Origin: Myxococcota bacterium
GTDB taxonomy: Bacteria > Myxococcota_A > UBA796 > CAJQPC01
Assembly: GCA_036012755.1 (NCBI GenBank)
Contig: DASCPX010000107.1
Span: forward strand, 23,828-87,827
Direction of reading: 5' to 3'
DNA length: 64,000 bases
Shown: one piece after another, positions 1-9,932 of the stretch
How the letters are laid out: each line of letters starts with the position of its first letter
Position numbering within the stretch: position 1 is the first letter of the stretch
Position numbers and translations under genes: made by a program
The notes under the pieces: model-generated
Seen by the model: the letters and a program-made list of their open reading frames with translations, nothing else
What the model was told of the DNA's origin: nothing
Databases searched by the model: none

Positions 1-2
1 CG

Positions 3-1379
3 CTCGGCGCCTACGGCTACGACGACATGCACGGTCTCTACCGGGCATTCGAGCCCGCACGAGCAGCGGGTGTGCGGCTTCAGCCGGTCTGGGATCCCTG
101 GACTCCTGGCGCCCTCGGCGGCGCCTCGGCGGTCTTCATCAACCTCGTCAGCGGAGACAACCCGGGCTTTCGGCACAGCGAGGTGCTCGCGCTCGAGTCC
201 TTCGTCCGCCATGGCGGAGGGCTGGTCATCATCGTCGACCATACGAACTGCTACTTCCACGCCGAGATGCTCCAAGAGCTGAGCGAGGCGCTGGGCTTCG
301 AGATCGGGCCCTACACCGCGGCCGACAGGGCGAAGGGAAACCGCCTGTCACCCCGATCGGTGGCCTGGATCCGCGTTCGACCGACCGCGGTCGACCACCC
401 GGTGACAGAGGGTGTCCGCATGCTCGGCTGGATGAACGGCGGCGTCGTCGAGCCGACCGAGGGCTCCAAGCTGCAGGGCCTGATGCAGAACTCGGCCGAG
501 GGCGGGTGGGCCGACCGCATGTTGCCCTACAAGAAAGCGGAGTCTGCCGGGTTCACGGGGAACTTGAGCTTCGACGACGACGAGCTCGCCGGGCCGCACT
601 CTGTCGTCCTCGCGGGCCGCCACGGACAGGGGAGGGTGGTTGTGCTCGCCGACCAGAACGCCTGGGGGGCGACCCTCGTCGGCTACGAGGACAACGCCAG
701 GCTCTTCGCCAACGCAATCGGCTGGGCTGTGGGCCAGGACGTCGACATCGACATGCGAGGGCCGGACAGCGTCACCACGATCGGGGGCAATCGCAGCCTC
801 TGCACCTCCGCGGCCGACCACGCCTTCCGCACCTTCCAGGTTCAGTCCCAGCGAATCGGCGAGCACCTCGCCGTACCCGAGTTCTGCACCGCCGAGGCCG
901 AGGTCGACAGCGAAGGCCTCGTCCTGCTGCCGGAGGCCCGCCGTGAGGACCTCGAGGGCCTGCTGTCTCGCGAGCGCGTCCTCGCCGTCGTCGATCCCAG
1001 GTTCGCGGGCAGCCGCCGGCTGCTCGAAGCCCTCGACCTCTCCTGGGGTGAGGCGGGTGACGAGGTCATGGGCCTGTCCTGGAGGATCGAGCGGCCGACC
1101 TTCGACACCCGCCTGTTTTTGGACGTGTCCGAGCTGGAGCCCCTCTCGGTCGCGCCGATCGCGGTCGAGGGCGACTACGAGGTGCTCGCAGAGGACACCT
1201 CCGGGCGTCCGATCGTGATCCGGAAGGGCAACGTCACGCTGCTCTTGGACGCGAGCCTGCTCCACAACGCCCAGCTGGGCGGAGAGCGTGAGAAGCCCTG
1301 GCTGACGGACGACCCGGGCGTCGCCGCCGCCCACCGGCTGGCCTTCGAGCTCCTGGCCGGCGTCTATCCAGCGCCCTGA
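3..1379 (+). CDS. GIFT/DUF4350 (GATase1-like) domain protein, 5'-truncated by window edge
   Basis: Frame is open upstream of ATG 27 to the window edge. Motifs 'EVLALESFVRHGGGLVIIVDH' and 'GRVVVLADQNAW...DNARLFANAIGW' are typical of GldG/IFT52-like domains. Confidence 0.55.
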   Translation, partial: LGAYGYDDMHGLYRAFEPARAAGVRLQPVWDPWTPGALGGASAVFINLVSGDNPGFRHSEVLALESFVRHGGGLVIIVDHTNCYFHAEMLQELSEALGFEIGPYTAADRAKGNRLSPRSVAWIRVRPTAVDHPVTEGVRMLGWMNGGVVEPTEGSKLQGLMQNSAEGGWADRMLPYKKAESAGFTGNLSFDDDELAGPHSVVLAGRHGQGRVVVLADQNAWGATLVGYEDNARLFANAIGWAVGQDVDIDMRGPDSVTTIGGNRSLCTSAADHAFRTFQVQSQRIGEHLAVPEFCTAEAEVDSEGLVLLPEARREDLEGLLSRERVLAVVDPRFAGSRRLLEALDLSWGEAGDEVMGLSWRIERPTFDTRLFLDVSELEPLSVAPIAVEGDYEVLAEDTSGRPIVIRKGNVTLLLDASLLHNAQLGGEREKPWLTDDPGVAAAHRLAFELLAGVYPAP

Positions 1380-1445
1380 CGAGGCCCTGACACGAGCGAG
1401 CGGTCGGGGTGTTTGATTCTGCCAACACCACTGTCCGGAGTTGCC

Positions 1446-2477
1446 GTGTTCGAGCTCTTGATCGCTACCGCGCTGTCAGCCGACCCCAAGATCATCAACG
1501 GCGCGGACGCCGGCCTCGATGACTACCCGATGACGGGTGGGATGCTCATGGACGCCGAAGCGGACATGGGCAGCTGGGGGTCCTACGACTTCCGCATGTT
1601 GGTCTGCAGCTCCACGCTCATCGCGCCGGACGCCGTGCTGCTCGCGGCCCACTGCGTCGACCCGGACTCCTTCACCTACGGCCAGGGCGACCTCTCCGAC
1701 GTGGACATCCGCTGGACCCGCGAGGTCGACCTCACCGACTTCGACGGCTCCCGACGCAACCCGGAGTGGCCAGAGGACGCCGTCGGCGCCTGGGACTGGG
1801 TCGCCCACCCGGACTTCGACCTCTTCGGCATGGAGGTCGGGATCGCCGACAACGCCGATGTGGCCTTGCTCTTCCTGGATGCGCCGATCACAGACGTCGA
1901 GCACGCCTACCTGCCCTCGGCGGACGAAGCCGGACAGCTCGCCGAGGGTGCCGACGTCGACGTCGTCGGCTGGGGGCAGCAGGTCGCTACCGATGGCTAC
2001 TCGGAGCCCCCGGCGGGCACCTACGCCATCAAGCAGGTCGGCACGAGCTGGATCGCCGAGCTGGGCGACAACGAGATGAAGATCGGCGAGCTGGAGGACG
2101 ACGTGCGCAAGTGCCACGGGGACTCGGGTGGCCCGAGCTTCATGGAGGTCACGGCGGACACAGAGGTGTCGACCCGCCTCGTCGGCGTCACCTCCCACGC
2201 CTACGACCGCAGCGACTGCGAGGAGACCGGGGGCGTGGACACGCGCGTCGACGCCTACCTCGACTGGATCGACGGGGAGCTCAGGGCACGCTGCGAGGAC
2301 GGCACGCGCTCCTGGTGCGAGGAGCCCGGCATCGTCGCTGCTCCGGTCCCGGTCGTCGAGGACCCCGTCGCCCAGGGCGAGGAGGTCCGCCGCTTCGGCG
2401 CCTGCTCGACCGGAGGCCTCGCTCCCACCGCCCTCTACGCACTGCTCGGGCTCATGGCGCTGCGCCGCCGGGGCTAG
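1446..2477 (+). CDS. Secreted trypsin-like (S1) serine protease with MYXO-CTERM-like tail
   Basis: GGAG RBS before GTG 1446; IING activation motif; LLAAHC, DVALLFL and CHGDSGGP catalytic triad; C-terminus GACSTGG-hydrophobic-RRRG. Confidence 0.9.
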   Translation: MFELLIATALSADPKIINGADAGLDDYPMTGGMLMDAEADMGSWGSYDFRMLVCSSTLIAPDAVLLAAHCVDPDSFTYGQGDLSDVDIRWTREVDLTDFDGSRRNPEWPEDAVGAWDWVAHPDFDLFGMEVGIADNADVALLFLDAPITDVEHAYLPSADEAGQLAEGADVDVVGWGQQVATDGYSEPPAGTYAIKQVGTSWIAELGDNEMKIGELEDDVRKCHGDSGGPSFMEVTADTEVSTRLVGVTSHAYDRSDCEETGGVDTRVDAYLDWIDGELRARCEDGTRSWCEEPGIVAAPVPVVEDPVAQGEEVRRFGACSTGGLAPTALYALLGLMALRRRG

Positions 2478-4888
2478 AAGGGCAAGAGCCGCCTGCGCCT
2501 TCTACGCTTCTTGTCCACGAGGTCGTCGACCTTCTCCTCGTCGGCGAGGTCGATCCGCCAGGGGAGGAGCTCCAGCAGGTCGCTCACCAGCGGCGGTGCG
2601 CAGCCGTTTGCGGGCTCGGTGCCCCGGGTGTAGAGCTCCAGCGCGCACTCCTGGCACTCCCAGTCCTCGAATCCGCCCACGCAGGACTCCGCCTCGACGA
2701 CCTCGTCGCTGACGGGGAAGTCGCCGTCGCTGGTGCCGCTGCCGTCGACGAAGCGGGCCCAGGTTGGGATGGCTGCCGTCGCCCCCGAGAGACCCACACC
2801 GCGGCCCTGGTCGAAGCCGACCCACACGGCGACCGAGAGCTCCGGGGTGAAGCCCACGAACCAGGCGTCGCGGGTGCCATCGGTGGTGCCGGTCTTTCCG
2901 GCGACTGCGCCGGTTGCGCCAAAGGTCGTCGCGCGGGTGCCGGTGCCGGAGTCGATGACGGTCTCCAGGACAGAGGTCGCCAGCGTCGTCGCCCGGGCGG
3001 AGGCCTGGCGGATCACGATGGGCTCGTCGTTGATCAACAGCGAGCCCTCCTCGTCGAGCACGGCGCGGACGAGCCGCGGCTCGGCGTACCTCCCCTGGCC
3101 CGGGAAGACGGTGTAGGCGCCGGCGAGCTCTGCGGGGGCTGCATCGAAGGCTCCCAGGGACGCCGAGGGGAGGGTCGTCGTCCCGCTCAAGCCGAGGTGC
3201 TCGTAGAAGCGCGCGAGGTCCGCCCACCCGACCTGCTCGGCCAGCAGCACCGCGGGGATGTTCCGGCTCTCGGCGATGGCCCGCCGGAGCGTGATCTCGC
3301 CGACGAACTCCCCGTCGTAGTTGGTCGGAGCCCACGTGGTCCCGTCGAGGGTCTTCTCGTAGGGTTCGTCGAGCAGGACGGAGGCTGGTGAGAGCGTGCG
3401 GTCCTCTTCGAAAGCGGCGAGCATGGTCAGCGGCTTCACCGTGGATCCGGGCTGGCGGCGCGCTCGCAGCGCTCGGTTGTATTGGCTCTGGGCGTAGTCC
3501 CGGCCGCCCACCATCGCGACGATGGCGCCGTCCTCGACGCGCACGGCCACCAGGGCGACCTGGGCTCCGGCTGCGTCGGGGAAGGCAGCGTCGAGCTTGG
3601 CCATCGAAAGGGCGACCATGCGCTCCGCGTGGCGCTGGAGCGGCGGGTTGATCTCCGTGTAGATGTCGAGACTGCGCTCGGCGACGACGCCCTGGCCGAG
3701 GGCTGCCTCGACGTGGTCGACCGCGGCGTCGACGACGAAGGGTGCCTTGCGCCCGGTGGGGCCGGCGTGGACCCCGAGCGGCTCCGCGGCTGCCGCCTCT
3801 GCCGCCTCTGAGTCCAGGAAACCCTCCAGCACCATGCGCTTCAGGGCCAGATCCCGGCGAGCACGAGCCTGCTCGGGGTGGCGCAGGGGGCTGTAGGAGT
3901 TCGGCGAGCTGATGATGCCCGCCAGCGTCGCGGACTCGCTGAGGGTCAGCCTCTCGACGGGCTTGCCGAAGGTGACGCGAGCGGCCTCGTCCGCGCCGCA
4001 GATGGCGACGCCGCCGACCTGCCCCCAGTAGATCTCGTTGAGGTACAGCGCGAGGATCTCGTCCTTGGTGAGCTCTCGCTCCAGGGCGAAGGCCAGCAGG
4101 AGCTCCTGGCTCTTGCGGGAGAGCGTGCGCTCCTGGGACAAGAAGAGGTTCTTGGCGAGCTGCTGGGTGAGCGTGCTGCCGCCCTGCACGGTCTCGCCCT
4201 CGATGGCGTTCACCAGGAGGGCTCGCACGATGCCGAAGGGCGAGATGCCCTGGTGCTCGTAGAAGTGGGCGTCCTCCATGGCGAGCACGGCGTCTCGAAG
4301 GTGCTCGGGGAAGTCCTCGAGCTCGCGTGGCCGGCGGGTCTCGTTGTCCGCGCCGCGGATGCTGGCCAGCTCTGTGGGAGGGAAGCGCACCGGGTCCGTC
4401 GGCGAGGTGCTCGCGACCCGTCCCGAGCGGAAGGTGACCAGCACTTCGCCTTCGCGGATCGTCCAGCCCCTGCCTTCGGTTGCGCGGTTCCAGACCATCA
4501 CCGCGTCGTCGTTGACGACGAAGTCTCCGGGGCCCTCCAGGCGCGAGGTTCGCGCCAAGCCGGCTCCAGACAGGTCCGTCGCGAGCTCCTCCGGGCTCAG
4601 GGCGAGACCCGGCCAGACCTCTACCGGCCCCGACCACACGCGCCCCGGAAGCGTCCAGACGCCCTGTTCGATGCGCGTCTCCACCTGGGACACGGCGTCG
4701 CGGTAGAGCGCGAGACCGACGAAGGACGAGCCCGCGACGAAGGCCAGCGTGCCGGCGATGCCGAGGCGCTTGAGGACACGCACAGCCCTCGGAAGGAAGG
4801 CTCCGGAAGGCCGCTTGCCCTTCGTCTTCTTCCTGGGCTTCCGCGCCTTTGGCTTGGAACCCTTGGTTGGTTTCTTTCGAGGACTCAT
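2474..4888 (-). CDS. mrcB: Class A penicillin-binding protein (PBP1B-like transglycosylase/transpeptidase)
   Basis: Basic N-terminus plus TM helix; EDAHFYEHQG, GGSTLTQQLAKNLFL and RKSQE transglycosylase motifs; PGSTVKP (SxxK), SRN and KTGT transpeptidase motifs; UB2H-like insert. Confidence 0.9.
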   Translation of the reverse strand: MSPRKKPTKGSKPKARKPRKKTKGKRPSGAFLPRAVRVLKRLGIAGTLAFVAGSSFVGLALYRDAVSQVETRIEQGVWTLPGRVWSGPVEVWPGLALSPEELATDLSGAGLARTSRLEGPGDFVVNDDAVMVWNRATEGRGWTIREGEVLVTFRSGRVASTSPTDPVRFPPTELASIRGADNETRRPRELEDFPEHLRDAVLAMEDAHFYEHQGISPFGIVRALLVNAIEGETVQGGSTLTQQLAKNLFLSQERTLSRKSQELLLAFALERELTKDEILALYLNEIYWGQVGGVAICGADEAARVTFGKPVERLTLSESATLAGIISSPNSYSPLRHPEQARARRDLALKRMVLEGFLDSEAAEAAAAEPLGVHAGPTGRKAPFVVDAAVDHVEAALGQGVVAERSLDIYTEINPPLQRHAERMVALSMAKLDAAFPDAAGAQVALVAVRVEDGAIVAMVGGRDYAQSQYNRALRARRQPGSTVKPLTMLAAFEEDRTLSPASVLLDEPYEKTLDGTTWAPTNYDGEFVGEITLRRAIAESRNIPAVLLAEQVGWADLARFYEHLGLSGTTTLPSASLGAFDAAPAELAGAYTVFPGQGRYAEPRLVRAVLDEEGSLLINDEPIVIRQASARATTLATSVLETVIDSGTGTRATTFGATGAVAGKTGTTDGTRDAWFVGFTPELSVAVWVGFDQGRGVGLSGATAAIPTWARFVDGSGTSDGDFPVSDEVVEAESCVGGFEDWECQECALELYTRGTEPANGCAPPLVSDLLELLPWRIDLADEEKVDDLVDKKRRRRRRLLPF

Positions 4889-4924
4889 TGACGGGTCAAG
4901 TTTAGCATCGGTTAAGCCGGCGCG

Positions 4925-5671
4925 ATGCTGGATCCGGAGCTCATCTCAGAGACGCTGGAGGCACTGTCCGACAAGGACACCGCGCGACGTCGCGGCAAGC
5001 ACCTCAAGCCCTTTCGCGGCCTCAGAGGCACTCCGGTGACGGAGATCGCGCAGGTCACCGGGACCTGCTGGAAGGAGTCACGGCCCCGGCTCCCCGACCA
5101 CGAGGCGGAGCTCCACGCCCTCTTCTGCACCGCTTTCGAAGACGGTCTCGTGGCCATCGGACTCCTCGCGGGGGTAGCACCCGACTCGCCATACGGAGCG
5201 CTGGACCTCGTCGACCGCTGGCTCCCGCTGGTGGATGATCTCGAGACCGCCGACGCGCTGGGCTGGTTGGTCCTCGGGCCCTCACTCCTGGCTTCGGGAG
5301 AGCCGCTCTCCGCGTCGCTGCTGGAGCACCGGGGGGGCCGCGCGCTGTCACGCCGGGTCGCCGTCGTCGCCGCCCTGGCCGCCCTCCCGGTTCCGGTGAC
5401 CGGACCCTCGGCCGCGGCCCTTCGCGTGCGCCTCGGACAGCGGCAGGTCGTCTTCGTCGAGGAGCCTCGCGGTGTCGAGGTCGCAGGGGTCCTCGCCGGC
5501 TACGTCCGCGACGACGACCCCCACGTGCGCAAGGCCGTCGCCCGTGTCGGTCGCCTCCTCGGCGAGGTCGCCCCGGATGCCCTCGAGCCGCTCCTCGACC
5601 TCGCCGGTGGACTGCCGAAGAAGGTGCGCGAGAGCTGGCAGAAGGGCCAAAGACGCGGTCGCCGGGTCTGA
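4925..5671 (+). CDS. DNA alkylation repair (AlkD-like HEAT-repeat) family protein
   Basis: Helical protein with 'DRWLPLVDDLETADAL' and 'DDDPHVRKAVA' segments resembling AlkD-family motifs. Confidence 0.6.
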   Translation: MLDPELISETLEALSDKDTARRRGKHLKPFRGLRGTPVTEIAQVTGTCWKESRPRLPDHEAELHALFCTAFEDGLVAIGLLAGVAPDSPYGALDLVDRWLPLVDDLETADALGWLVLGPSLLASGEPLSASLLEHRGGRALSRRVAVVAALAALPVPVTGPSAAALRVRLGQRQVVFVEEPRGVEVAGVLAGYVRDDDPHVRKAVARVGRLLGEVAPDALEPLLDLAGGLPKKVRESWQKGQRRGRRV

Positions 5672-5728
5672 GTCACAGGTCGCTCGGTGACCCGGGCGTT
5701 ATACGGCGCGCCTGCTCAGGAGGCAGCC

Positions 5729-6220
5729 GTGTTCAGCGCAAAGAAGATCCTGGTCCCCGTCGACTTCTCCGACGTCTCCCGCGCCGCGATCAGCGCCGCG
5801 CTGCAGATGGCCGCCGCCTCGAGCGGAGAGGTCTGGCTGCTCCACGTCGAACGCGGTCTCGAGTCCGACATGGCCGAGGCCATCCAGACCGCACCGAACG
5901 AGACCGTCATCGAGAACCAGATCCGCTTCGACGAGCACGCGCTCACAGAGGCCGCCGCGCTCGAAGCGCAGCGGTGCGCCGAGGCTGGCAAGCCGCTCCC
6001 CTTCGTACCGGTCCACGTTCGGGTCACGGGGGGCTCCTGGCTGGAGGTCGCCATCGACATGATCTCCGAGCTGCAGCTCGACCTGGTCATCACCGGCACC
6101 CACGGTCGCAAGGGGGTCGCGGGCTTCCTCATGGGCTCGGTGAGCGAGCGCCTGGCCGGCAAGGCCCCGTGCTCGGTCTTCGTCGTGAAGCCCCAGGGTT
6201 TCCCATACCTGCGTGACTGA
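5729..6220 (+). CDS. Universal stress protein (UspA family)
   Basis: AGGAGG RBS before GTG 5729; KKILVPVDFS and GTHGRKG...MGSVSERL...APCSVFVVK motifs. Confidence 0.93.
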   Translation: MFSAKKILVPVDFSDVSRAAISAALQMAAASSGEVWLLHVERGLESDMAEAIQTAPNETVIENQIRFDEHALTEAAALEAQRCAEAGKPLPFVPVHVRVTGGSWLEVAIDMISELQLDLVITGTHGRKGVAGFLMGSVSERLAGKAPCSVFVVKPQGFPYLRD

Positions 6221-7001
6221 GCTCCGGGCTGGCCTCGAGGCGCTCTACGCCTCTTGTGACTTCCAGGCCCGGCTGGCCACGGACCCTGTCAGGTTTCCAC
6301 GCCGCTACTCGGACCCTGGTGACATCGAGGTCGCTGGCTTCCTGGCGGCGACCTACGCCTTCGGTCGGGTAGAGCTCTTCGGGGCGGTGCTGGAGCGACT
6401 CCTGGCGTCGATGGGGCCCAGCCCCCGGGACTTCGTCGAGACCTACGATGGGGCCTCGCTGGCCAGCTTCGAGTACCGCTGGCTCAAGGCGGCGCGCCTG
6501 CAGGCGCTCATCCGCTCGATGCGCCTGGTCCTGGCGGAGCGAGGAAGCCTCGAGGCGGTCGCTGTCGAGGCCTTCGACGGCGGACTCGCCAGCTGCCTGG
6601 AGGCCCTCGGCGACGCTCTCGGACCAGAGGTCGCCAGGCCTTCCAAGGGCTCGGCGTGCAAGCGCATGTGCATGTGGCTGCGGTGGATGGTGCGTCCCCC
6701 GACCGAGGGCATCGATCTCGGGACCTGGGACCTGCCGAGCTCGGCGCTGGTGGTGCCGCTGGACACACACGTCGCCCGCATCGCCCGCCTCGTCGGATTG
6801 ACCACCCGCAAGACGGACGGCTGGCGGACCGCCCTCGACATCACGCGCGGCCTCTCCGAGCTCGACCCGGTCGACCCGGTGCGCTTCGACTTCGCCATCG
6901 CGCACCTCGGCATCAGCGGCGCCTGCCGCGGCAGTCACGACGCCGAGCTCTGCCCGCCCTGCTCGCTCCGCGGGTCCTGCAGCGCAGGCGGATCAGCCTG
7001 A
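6213..7001 (+). CDS. TIGR02757/DUF2400 family protein
   Basis: DPVRFPRRY, SACKRMCMWLRWMVR, PLDTHVARI and DPVRFDFAI motifs; C-terminal Cys cluster. Confidence 0.88.
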   Translation: MTELRAGLEALYASCDFQARLATDPVRFPRRYSDPGDIEVAGFLAATYAFGRVELFGAVLERLLASMGPSPRDFVETYDGASLASFEYRWLKAARLQALIRSMRLVLAERGSLEAVAVEAFDGGLASCLEALGDALGPEVARPSKGSACKRMCMWLRWMVRPPTEGIDLGTWDLPSSALVVPLDTHVARIARLVGLTTRKTDGWRTALDITRGLSELDPVDPVRFDFAIAHLGISGACRGSHDAELCPPCSLRGSCSAGGSA

Positions 7002-7991
7002 CAGCCTCAGGGCGCCGAGGACCTCGTCGATCCGCGCGAGCTCTTCGTCGGCCAAGGACAGATGCATCGCCGCCGCGTTCTCCGCGGCCTGACCCCCGTC
7101 GCGGGCCCCGACGATGGCTGCGGTCACACCCGGCCTCGAGAAGGTCCAGGCGATGCTCATCTGAGCGAGGGTCACCCCGTGTTCCTCCGCGATGGGCTGG
7201 AGCTTCGAGAGGGCCTCTGCGACGGCGCGGCGGTTCTCGGGAGAAAAGCGGGGCAGCTCCCCCCGGCGGTCTCCTGGCGGGAAGACCCGCTCGGCGGTGA
7301 CCTTGCCCGTGAGCAGCCCCTGCTCCAGCGGCGAGTAGACGATGACGGCGACCTCGTGCTCCCGGCACCAGGGCAGCACGTCGGCCTCGATCGCTCGATC
7401 CAGGGCGCTGTAGCGTGGCTGGGTAGAGGCCAGCGGCACATCTCCGAGGGCTCGCTGTGCCCGCTCGAGGAGCTCGGGGCCGAAGTTCGAGACCCCGATC
7501 GCGTCGATCTTGCCTTCCCCTTTGAGCTCCAGCAGGGCGCCCATCGTGTCCTCGACTGGGGTGGTTCCGTCGGGCCAGTGACACTGGTAGAGGTCGATGC
7601 GCTCGACGCCGAGGCGCGTCAAGCTGGCCTCGCACTCCAGCCGGATGCTCTCCGGACGCAGGTTCTTGGTCACCTGGACGTTCCCGAGACGGGCCGCCCG
7701 GGTCTGGAAGAAGGCCTCGCCTCCAGGGACCGAGCTGTCCCAGCGCAGGCCGGCCTTCGTTGCGATCCGCACCTCGCGGCCGCGGATGGCCCTGCCGATG
7801 ACATGCTCGCTGTGGCCGAAGCCGTAGATCGGAGCCGTGTCGATCCAGCCGACGCCGTGGTCGATGGAGGCTGCGATGGCCTCTGCGGCCTTGTCGTCGT
7901 CGGTGTCGCCCCAGAACCAGCCGCCGATGGCCCAGGCTCCGAAGACGACGGGGTCGACCTCGAGGCTGCAGCGACCGAGGGGGCGTCTCAT
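6993..7991 (-). CDS. Aldo/keto reductase
   Basis: GAWAIGG, DTAPIYGFGHSE, IDLYQCHWPD, IGVSNF and YSPLEQGLLTGK motifs; ATGA overlap with the upstream gene. Confidence 0.93.
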   Translation of the reverse strand: MRRPLGRCSLEVDPVVFGAWAIGGWFWGDTDDDKAAEAIAASIDHGVGWIDTAPIYGFGHSEHVIGRAIRGREVRIATKAGLRWDSSVPGGEAFFQTRAARLGNVQVTKNLRPESIRLECEASLTRLGVERIDLYQCHWPDGTTPVEDTMGALLELKGEGKIDAIGVSNFGPELLERAQRALGDVPLASTQPRYSALDRAIEADVLPWCREHEVAVIVYSPLEQGLLTGKVTAERVFPPGDRRGELPRFSPENRRAVAEALSKLQPIAEEHGVTLAQMSIAWTFSRPGVTAAIVGARDGGQAAENAAAMHLSLADEELARIDEVLGALRLSG

Positions 7992-9808
7992 TGCTCGAGC
8001 GCCTCCAGGAGCTCCAGCATCTCCTCGGGAGAGGGCTGCTGACCGGGAATGACGGGAGCCAGCTCCGGGGCGCCGCCCACACCGAGCATCGCGAAGAGGT
8101 CCTTGGGCGACATGCCGAGGAACTTCATGCCCTGCTCCAGGCCCTCGGCCATCTCTTCGCCGAGCAGGATGCGCAGGGCGGCGTGACCCTCCGGATCCAG
8201 GCCGAAGTCCTCGTCGCCCCAGGCCTCCTTCCACCATCGGCGACCCTTGCCGGTGGCATCCGTGGCGCCGTGGCGTTCCAGGGAGCTCAGCCAGTCCTCT
8301 GTCCCTACCAGCTCCCAGGCGTGCTCCTCTGTGGCGGCGCGGAGGGCGCGATCGAGGGCGTCGCGGCCGAGGTCCTCTTCCAGGTCGACGTAGAGGTAGG
8401 GCGCCTTGCCGTAGACCAGGGCGGCGTACTCCAGGGTGGAGGAGAAGCTGGTCGTCGGTCGCGCAGCGGCTGCGTCCTGGCCGTCCATGAGCCGGAACAG
8501 GGCGAAGTTGGCCTTGACGCTCCGGTCGCGCAGGTCGTCCCCGAGCACAGTGCCTGCGAGGTACTGGGCCAGCGGCTCGTCGAGGGCGGGCTGGTCGTGG
8601 GCGTCGCTGCCGACCAGACCCGGGAACCACTGGTGAGCGACCTCGTGGGCGACGACGAAGCGGCGCTGCTCGGCCACGACGGCGGTCATGTCGGGCACGC
8701 CCATGCCCATGCCGCCCATCTGCTGGAGCATCTGGTAGGTCGGATCCTGGCTCGTGGTCGGGTCGCGGTAGAGGAAGCCGGCGACGAGGATCAGCGAGGA
8801 GAACTCGACCCCTCCGGCCCCTCCGGTCAAGGTCGCCTCGACGACGTCGAGCTCCGTGAAGGGGTAGTCGGCGATGCGCTCGTCGAGGGCCTGGAGGCTC
8901 ATCGTCGCGTCGGCGAGGGCTGCGTCGGTGGCCTGGGCGTCCCGGGAGAGCCCCCAGCTGCGCACGAGCACATCGCCGAGCCGTCGCTCGGAGACGTGGA
9001 AGTCCCGCGACGCGATGAGGACCAGGTCGCGCGCCCCGACCCCGACGCCCTCGACGACCTGGACGTCGCCCTCTACCTTTGGCTCGGAGTCGACGAGGTT
9101 GGTGACCACGCGAAGGCCCACCGGAGTGACGACCCGGACGTCGAAGGCCAGCGGTGCGTTCCAGGCGAGGTCGCCGATGCCGCTGGGAGGCGGGGTCTGG
9201 AAGGCGCCGTCGCGGTACGGGGCGATGGTCGGGAAGGCGCTCGCGGCGGTCAAGAGCCCGTCTCCCTGGCCGAGCAGGCCGTAGTCCGCGGCCTCGATGG
9301 GCCCCTGGGACATGCCGGCGGATGCCTGGGCCCAGACGTCGTTGGTCTCGGTGGTCAGGAGCTTCAGGGTCCCGCCGAACTCCACCTCGATGGCCACCTG
9401 TCCGCCCGGGGGGATCGGCGAGGCGAAGTCCAGCTCTGCCAGGGTCGGCCTCACCGATCGAAGGGTCGCGCCCGGGCTCTCCGCCCGCCGAAGCTCCAGG
9501 CTGGCGGTGGTCGCGGCCCCCAGCTCCTTCGGGGCGTTCGGGTGCAACAACAGCGGCAGCGTCGAGATCGGCCCGTCGGTCGTGTTGGTCCAGGTGATGG
9601 TGCCGCGACCCTCGTAGCGGTTCGCCACGTCCGAGATCGACAGGTCCAGCTCGTAGCGGGGGAGCACATGGAGGGGCCCGACGACCTCGATGAAGCCCTC
9701 CGCGTCACGCAGGAGCTCCGCGCCGGGGACCTCTACGACCTCGACGACCTGCTCCACCGGCGCCACCGGTTCCTCCGCTGCCTTGCTGAAACAGGCGAGC
9801 CACCACAT
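7988..9808 (-). CDS. M1-family zinc aminopeptidase, probable lipoprotein
   Basis: GGVEF, HEVAHQWF...E (HExxH-x18-E-like) and VYGK motifs; LAC lipobox. Start uncertain (9808 or 9835). Confidence 0.85.
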   Translation of the reverse strand: MWWLACFSKAAEEPVAPVEQVVEVVEVPGAELLRDAEGFIEVVGPLHVLPRYELDLSISDVANRYEGRGTITWTNTTDGPISTLPLLLHPNAPKELGAATTASLELRRAESPGATLRSVRPTLAELDFASPIPPGGQVAIEVEFGGTLKLLTTETNDVWAQASAGMSQGPIEAADYGLLGQGDGLLTAASAFPTIAPYRDGAFQTPPPSGIGDLAWNAPLAFDVRVVTPVGLRVVTNLVDSEPKVEGDVQVVEGVGVGARDLVLIASRDFHVSERRLGDVLVRSWGLSRDAQATDAALADATMSLQALDERIADYPFTELDVVEATLTGGAGGVEFSSLILVAGFLYRDPTTSQDPTYQMLQQMGGMGMGVPDMTAVVAEQRRFVVAHEVAHQWFPGLVGSDAHDQPALDEPLAQYLAGTVLGDDLRDRSVKANFALFRLMDGQDAAAARPTTSFSSTLEYAALVYGKAPYLYVDLEEDLGRDALDRALRAATEEHAWELVGTEDWLSSLERHGATDATGKGRRWWKEAWGDEDFGLDPEGHAALRILLGEEMAEGLEQGMKFLGMSPKDLFAMLGVGGAPELAPVIPGQQPSPEEMLELLEALEQ

Positions 9809-9932
9809 GCCCAAGTAAACCAGTGAATCGGTCAATCAGTGAACCAGCGATGGTGCATCGCGCCGTTTGACGATCCTGCGAACCTGGCCAGCCACCGGCT
9901 GGAGGTGAGACGCCAGCGGGCTATGAGCGGGC

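Noticed and set aside
1407..1429. Imperfect inverted repeat GGTGTTTG...CCAACACC upstream of the protease
   Set aside because: Short, mismatched and without a U-tract; no second copy seen.
4888..4899. TTGAC-GG-GTCAA palindrome between mrcB and the AlkD-like gene
   Set aside because: Spacing does not fit an FNR/CRP box, and a single 5-bp arm pair can arise by chance.
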